Below, in pieces: positions 60,101-64,000 of a stretch of 64,000 bases of DNA; within the stretch, counting starts at the first letter, position 1; every line of letters starts with the position of its first letter. The notes under the pieces are model-generated. The model was not told where the DNA came from, did no database searches, and was given only the letters and a program-made list of their open reading frames with translations. This DNA comes from Trueperaceae bacterium (GTDB taxonomy: Bacteria > Deinococcota > Deinococci > Deinococcales > Trueperaceae). The DNA lies in contig OZ243956.1 of assembly GCA_965214405.1 (NCBI GenBank), positions 1,856,001 through 1,920,000 on the forward strand, given 5' to 3'. The position numbers and the translations under genes were made by a program.

Positions 60101-62684
60101 CGGAAAGCCTCAGTTTCGGGAACAGGTGGCTGCCCGAAGGTGTCGAAAAGGCGTCAGCTTCGGCGCTGGCCGGGCTGTTCGTGGGCGAAAGCAGCGCCCT
60201 GAGCGCCTCCCCGACGCCTACCGCGTCGGGGTCGGGCACGAAAAGTCTTAGGTCGTAGGTCAGATCGGCGAAGGCTTTATTTTTCTGGAGCGTGAGCAGC
60301 GTGGCGGCGAGCGCTCGAGCCCGCCCTGGGTTAAAGGCGTTGATGGTCAGGGTCTGCACGTAAGGGTGCTGCCACAAGTACCTCTGTATGCGCTGCGCCA
60401 GGTAACCTGTGTTTGCCGCGCCGCCGCCTGAGGCAGGCTCGGGGACTCTGAGGGCCGCGCAAACGTCACCCAAGAGCCCCCGTGGGTTCTGCTCATCAGC
60501 GGTGGCGTAGAACCCCCAAAACGGGTTGAGGTTATCGAGGGAGGTGTAGAGGCGTCCGCCGTCCGCGGGCAGGACGGGGGGGAAATTGGTGGGCAGGAGC
60601 CGGTGGAGGAGCGCTTCTCTGAGGTCGGGGACGAGGGTTCTATGGTCGGCCGTCTGGTTCAGCCACGAGTCGCCGAGCTTGGCCCAGGTCGCCAGCCATA
60701 GAGCGCGCAGCGGATGCGTGGGCGAGACGAGCGCGGCCACGCGCCGTCCGCCGCGAAAGTCGACGAGCGTGAGGTGTACCGTGTCGACGCTGAGGAGCGT
60801 CCGCAGCCCCGCCCGTTCCTTCTCAGAAGCCGTGTCTGCCGCGACGTTCCGTTGTGAAGCGCGGACGGCCTCTAGATAACTTTCCGCGTAGTCCGCGGCG
60901 GCCTGCTGCAGGTCGGTCAAGTCGGCGGCTTGGCTGATCAGTCCTCCTTCACTCTTCACCGCCTCGAAGTAGCGTGACCGGGCGCGGATGAACGTTTGTG
61001 TGGCGGCGCCGCTTGACCAGCGGGCGATCTCAGGTGTCGGCTCGTTGACCTTGCCCCGGCGGATCTCCAGCCGCCAGCTTGCTGCCCGGTCGGCCGAGCC
61101 GAGCATCGCCTGCTCGAGCCTCTTCAGCGTCGGGGACACGGGTATCTGGACGGCGCCCTCGCGCGAGAACACCGCCTCCAGAGAGGACCCTTCGGCGCCC
61201 TTGTCTTGCCTCCAGGAGAGGCTCTTCAGGTTAATGTCCTCGCGGCCCCTGTCTTCTTGTATGGCGTCGAGCTTCAGGCCGAGCCGCGCGTGGGTGAGGC
61301 TCGGCCACTCGGGCACGGCGCGCTTCGGCGGCGGCTCTTCGAGCTCGCCCTCGGGGACCACATAGAACAGGTCACTCTCGTTCGGCTGCTGTGGTAGGCT
61401 TTCGCCGCCGTGGTTGGGTGAGGCGAGGGGTTGCCCGTTCTGGTCGACGAGCGGGACCGGGACATCGTCTTTGGTCAGCGCCTGGACCTGCACGTAGTAC
61501 CAGCCCTCGTCCCAGTCCTCCTGCCTCAGCTTCGTGAAGGAGATCTTAGCGCTCTTCCTGGGCGGCTTCCACACCTTTTTGCTTCGCATGATCCCGGTCG
61601 GCCCTTGATCCCGAGAGACGACCCTGATGAGGAACCTGTCCAGCCCTTGCACCCTTGATGGGTGCGGGTCCGCCTGTAACGTGACGCTCAGCGTGTTCAG
61701 CCCCCCTTTCCCGATAGGCAGATACTTCTGGCCCACTAGGGAGTGGAGCCGCTCGTCTTGCCCTTCGCCGCTGACGACGGGGAGGTCGAGGTCGGTCACC
61801 TCGACGAAAAGGCTCTCAGGCACGCCGCCGTCCTCGAACGCCCACTTGTCGAACGACAGAGGCCAGTTGGCGCGGTCGGTCACGATCTGCCTTGTCCACT
61901 CTAGGGGGTCTTCGAGCCCGGCGTGGGCGAGGAAGGTGCCCAGCCTGGACCGGAAGGCGCGGTCGCTCAGCTTGAGCTCGAGCACGCGGACCCGCTCGGA
62001 CTTGCTAGAGGAGGTGAGATTTTTAACGCACTCGATGTTTCTGCCGAGCCTCGTCGGCAGGTAAACGGCGTGCTCCGCCAAGCCGAAGTCCGGGACCAGA
62101 CCCAGCTCGTAGAGCGCCGCCCCGAGAACGTCCTCCTCGCCGCCGTTAATCCTCAGGGTGAGGAGGAACCTGATCACGTTCAGGGGGCTCGCGTAGGTCC
62201 AGCCTGACTCTCCGGCGGCGCGGACGACCTCCTGGGCGAGGCTGCGCACGCCCCCGGGGAGGGCGTCTAGGAGCGCTGAGCGCAGGCGGTCATAGGTGCG
62301 GCTCACGTCGATCTGCTCGAACGTGGCGACCCCGAAAGAGTCCTCAGCCGCCGCCCGGCTTTCGCTGGGAACGAAAACGAGGAGCGGAGAGCGCAGGGAG
62401 CCGTCAGGGAGCGGGTTGCGCAGCTCGACGAGCTTCGTGCTGCTCACGCGGTAGGCGTCGGGCGCGCCGTCTGTGTCCTCGCTCAGCATGTAGACGTGGC
62501 TTCCCGGCATCGCCTCCCGGAGGGCTTTCGCCAGGCGCGACATCAGCGGCGCGTCGAGGTCCAAGACCTTCATGCAGTGGCCCTCGCCTCGCGAAGCCAG
62601 AAACGCCGACAGGTAGGGCACCAGCACCTCTACTAGCGCCGCCTGCACGTCTGAGTTGCGGACCACACGGAGCCCTTGCGACAC
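57189..62684 (-). CDS. 1831-aa defence ATPase, MAD8/DptH-like (nuclease-like motif plus C-terminal HerA/FtsK-type ATPase)
   Basis: RTDL..LVEVK (PD-D/ExK-like); Walker A GVQGGGKS; Walker B VVFDEAH; REMRHKG..ASQ. Confidence 0.75.
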   Translation of the reverse strand: MSQGLRVVRNSDVQAALVEVLVPYLSAFLASRGEGHCMKVLDLDAPLMSRLAKALREAMPGSHVYMLSEDTDGAPDAYRVSSTKLVELRNPLPDGSLRSPLLVFVPSESRAAAEDSFGVATFEQIDVSRTYDRLRSALLDALPGGVRSLAQEVVRAAGESGWTYASPLNVIRFLLTLRINGGEEDVLGAALYELGLVPDFGLAEHAVYLPTRLGRNIECVKNLTSSSKSERVRVLELKLSDRAFRSRLGTFLAHAGLEDPLEWTRQIVTDRANWPLSFDKWAFEDGGVPESLFVEVTDLDLPVVSGEGQDERLHSLVGQKYLPIGKGGLNTLSVTLQADPHPSRVQGLDRFLIRVVSRDQGPTGIMRSKKVWKPPRKSAKISFTKLRQEDWDEGWYYVQVQALTKDDVPVPLVDQNGQPLASPNHGGESLPQQPNESDLFYVVPEGELEEPPPKRAVPEWPSLTHARLGLKLDAIQEDRGREDINLKSLSWRQDKGAEGSSLEAVFSREGAVQIPVSPTLKRLEQAMLGSADRAASWRLEIRRGKVNEPTPEIARWSSGAATQTFIRARSRYFEAVKSEGGLISQAADLTDLQQAAADYAESYLEAVRASQRNVAADTASEKERAGLRTLLSVDTVHLTLVDFRGGRRVAALVSPTHPLRALWLATWAKLGDSWLNQTADHRTLVPDLREALLHRLLPTNFPPVLPADGGRLYTSLDNLNPFWGFYATADEQNPRGLLGDVCAALRVPEPASGGGAANTGYLAQRIQRYLWQHPYVQTLTINAFNPGRARALAATLLTLQKNKAFADLTYDLRLFVPDPDAVGVGEALRALLSPTNSPASAEADAFSTPSGSHLFPKLRLSVLGAGAFRRNPSQYRAHLSLLFDVFPGAQVGVAEAAEGEMIAPVHGLVQDFDVTYTDDDALVAWQRRPRHGQAQPIGDGDYLSELLASLSTALSGATATLATGQTGLELRPQITLALTSGDRALLHQVHEFSDWVISIDRNIGVEFFDHGGRRERPEYLIDHSPEMAAQDYRYTVTSRSLTELEAMIGPILKDYGLSAARTHTVAVLNQLKSLSGRMALKLLSASAQRAEALGLALARMYLEHQGVFANQIVVPLDAHLDLYEAVKRSAEQSGEEMGFKRTDLALFDLDASSRTITCNLVEVKCYRQVGGLASYNQLRGTIAAQIERSEQVLRHHFGADLASPDRPDRLLRTRELAKLLEFYLDRGVRHGLFDELAQDEAKFFLRSLERGYTLAFSRSALIFDFEKPGTDPPERENGVEYHRIGRDLAQELVRLAAGRTKVLAGRLETRGTSETPEEDQERGSSIPKLEEATFIVKDRDRSVAWEGLRTDHTLGRAVAEPELVQEPSETDPTEKRITVRDEPLSLDNADRTVSEDVGGSVETGTKDGVELVDEPLKVEQVTGTVQPQAAFDILLGADQDSPQYGLLGEASGRKIALDLNQTHTISLFGVQGGGKSYTLGTIAEMASLPIPNINVLPHPLATVIFHYSQTQDYKPEFTTMALPNAEEKQLKVLRERYGAEPKALRDIVLLVPEDKVAERQDEYPDLDVRPLKFGAHELQAGHWRFLMGAVGNQATYMRQVNMVMRQNRNNLSVEALRTGIDSSALQDHLKAMANMRLNLAAQYVEDNVSLAEAVSPGRMVIVDIRDEFIEKDEALGLFIVILQLFADAKHNGEPFNKLVVFDEAHKYIESPDLTAGLIEVVREMRHKGTSIMVASQDPPSVPVALIELSSQVVLHKFNSPQWLKHIQKANAALKDLTPEKMAHLEPGEAYVWSSRATDGAFSRGAIKVRCRPRITSHGGATRTAVDEPPPK

Positions 62685-64000
62685 CTAAATCCCCTTCACT
62701 TCTGTAGGCTCACCTTTGGGGATCACGTAGCGCGGCGTGACCGTCTGGGTGACGTAGGCGTCCGACAGGTCCCGGTAGAAGCCGATCTCGCGCAGGCGCC
62801 CCTTGAACGCCTCGAGGTTGCCCCTCAGCGCCTCGCGGTCGTTGATCCCCGTGCTGGAGAAGCCGTCCCCCTGCGGCAGCCTGTCAATGTAAAGCCCGTA
62901 GCGCTCGCGCAGGAAGGTCAGGAGCTTGTCCACCCGGACCTCTTCCGTGTGGTAGCCGAGCGCCCCGTCAGGCTGTAAGACGGCGATCTGTAAAAGCACC
63001 TCGAGCAGCTGGCTGTCCAGCATAAAGCGCCGACGAGCGCTCCCCCCGCGCGGCTGCGCCACGAACGCGCCGGGGTCGTTCTTCATGAAAAGGGAGTCGA
63101 GGGTCTGGGTGATGTAGTGGCGGTGAAAATCCCCGCGCAGCGTCATCAGAATCTCTATGAAGGTTTCGAAGTTCGCCAGCTTCATTTCCAGGATTGCTCT
63201 CACCTCTGGATCAACGGCCTCGTCCTCGCCCGCCCCGCTCTCGTCAAGCACGCTCACCAGACGCTGGTAGAAGTAATTCTCTCTGTCCGTGTCGTGCGGC
63301 GGCTCGAGCAGACTTAAGATGTCCCCGACGCCGAAATAGCCCTCCGGCGGCTTGCCGAGCTTGTTGAGCTTGACGAGCACCTCGGCAAGCTGGTCGAGCT
63401 TGTTCACCGTAAATGTCGCTTTGACGAACCCCGGGATGCGCCGGTAGTGCGCCTCGGCGCTCCGCTCGGCGAGCGCCGCCATCGGCGTTTTGGGGACGTT
63501 GGCGATGTCGAGGACCAGGGCGACGCGGTAAGGGCAGTCCCCTTGGGGGTCTCCGAATGACTCGGGCTTTATGGGGCAGAGTTTCGGGTCGCACGTCGGG
63601 TCTGCGCCTCTGCGGCGCACCAGGGCGGGCAGGAGCTTGAGTAAACGTACATGGTAGAGCGCCAGGTGGAACGAGAACAGGATCTTCAGGTAGTCGACCA
63701 TGACCGTCCGCGGCACGAACGGCTCGTAGGCCAGCAGCCTGAGGACGTCGTCCGCCAGCAGGTCGGCCGCCCCGACACAGAGCGGCTGGAACCGCTCGCG
63801 CTTGGTGTCCCTGGCGTCTTGTGTCTGCTCGGTGAACTTGAAGACCGCCTGCGTCTCGACGTCGATCGCCGAAGACATCTCCGTCTTACCGGTGAGCTTA
63901 TCTTCCCCGGGGAAGAAAAAGCGCTCGAGCTGATCAAGCGCCCTCTGGCCTCTGCCGTGCCGCGCGTGATAGAACAGCTCGTAGAGGTGCTGGTCGGCCC
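62685..64000 (-). CDS. MAD7/DptG-like defence protein (5' end outside the window)
   Basis: The frame stays open to the window end beyond the ORF-track start. C-terminal L.ERYGLYI..RLREIGFY.DLSDA motif. Abuts the ATPase start with no gap. Confidence 0.7.
   Translation of the reverse strand, partial: ADQHLYELFYHARHGRGQRALDQLERFFFPGEDKLTGKTEMSSAIDVETQAVFKFTEQTQDARDTKRERFQPLCVGAADLLADDVLRLLAYEPFVPRTVMVDYLKILFSFHLALYHVRLLKLLPALVRRRGADPTCDPKLCPIKPESFGDPQGDCPYRVALVLDIANVPKTPMAALAERSAEAHYRRIPGFVKATFTVNKLDQLAEVLVKLNKLGKPPEGYFGVGDILSLLEPPHDTDRENYFYQRLVSVLDESGAGEDEAVDPEVRAILEMKLANFETFIEILMTLRGDFHRHYITQTLDSLFMKNDPGAFVAQPRGGSARRRFMLDSQLLEVLLQIAVLQPDGALGYHTEEVRVDKLLTFLRERYGLYIDRLPQGDGFSSTGINDREALRGNLEAFKGRLREIGFYRDLSDAYVTQTVTPRYVIPKGEPTEVKGI

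Larger units (their letters stand above)
44252..64000 (+). mobile_element. Tn7-like transposon; distal end not seen, so extent beyond 57091 is inferred
   Basis: TGT terminus directly after the pilC stop, repeated end motifs, abrupt GC drop, tnsA-tnsB-tnsC-tniQ core, second tniQ/tnsD and defence genes. Confidence 0.8.

Noticed and set aside
63876..63878. ATG start of the MAD7/DptG-like gene given by the ORF track
   Set aside because: The frame stays open to the window edge, so the real start is probably outside the window.
44252..64000. CRISPR-associated transposon (CAST)
   Set aside because: No cas genes or repeat-spacer array are visible in the window. They cannot be excluded beyond 64000.

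Overview
GC-rich bacterial chromosome segment, most likely Deinococcota (Trueperaceae-like). This is inferred from gene content, many apparently leaderless genes and a very frequent CTCGAG palindrome. Bases 1-44250 are mostly housekeeping and accessory genes: psuG, rodZ-like, an ABC exporter split by a lower-GC islet, Hsp20, GH1, proS, azlCD, an HxlR-linked redox operon, sbcDC, an ECF sigma/anti-sigma/CHRD module, nrdR, accDA, ypdA, nth and pilC. Two regions stand out. (1) 9702-16867 is a six-gene cluster resembling a complete bacterial (glyco)sphingolipid pathway: serine palmitoyltransferase, GNAT-fold ceramide synthase, CPBP membrane protein, NAD-dependent reductase, GT28 glycosyltransferase and a flippase-like protein. 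(2) A Tn7-like transposon begins at 44252, separated from the pilC stop codon by a single base. It carries tnsA-tnsB-tnsC and two paralogous TniQ/TnsD target selectors. One selector is a TniQ-XRE-HTH fusion that has been split by an IS5 and lacks a canonical start codon. The element also carries XRE regulators with a twin operator, lipoprotein cargo, and the distal genes of a MADS/DptGH-like defence system running off the window end. No CRISPR array, cas gene, tRNA or rRNA was seen. All family calls come from motif recognition by eye, not database searches.
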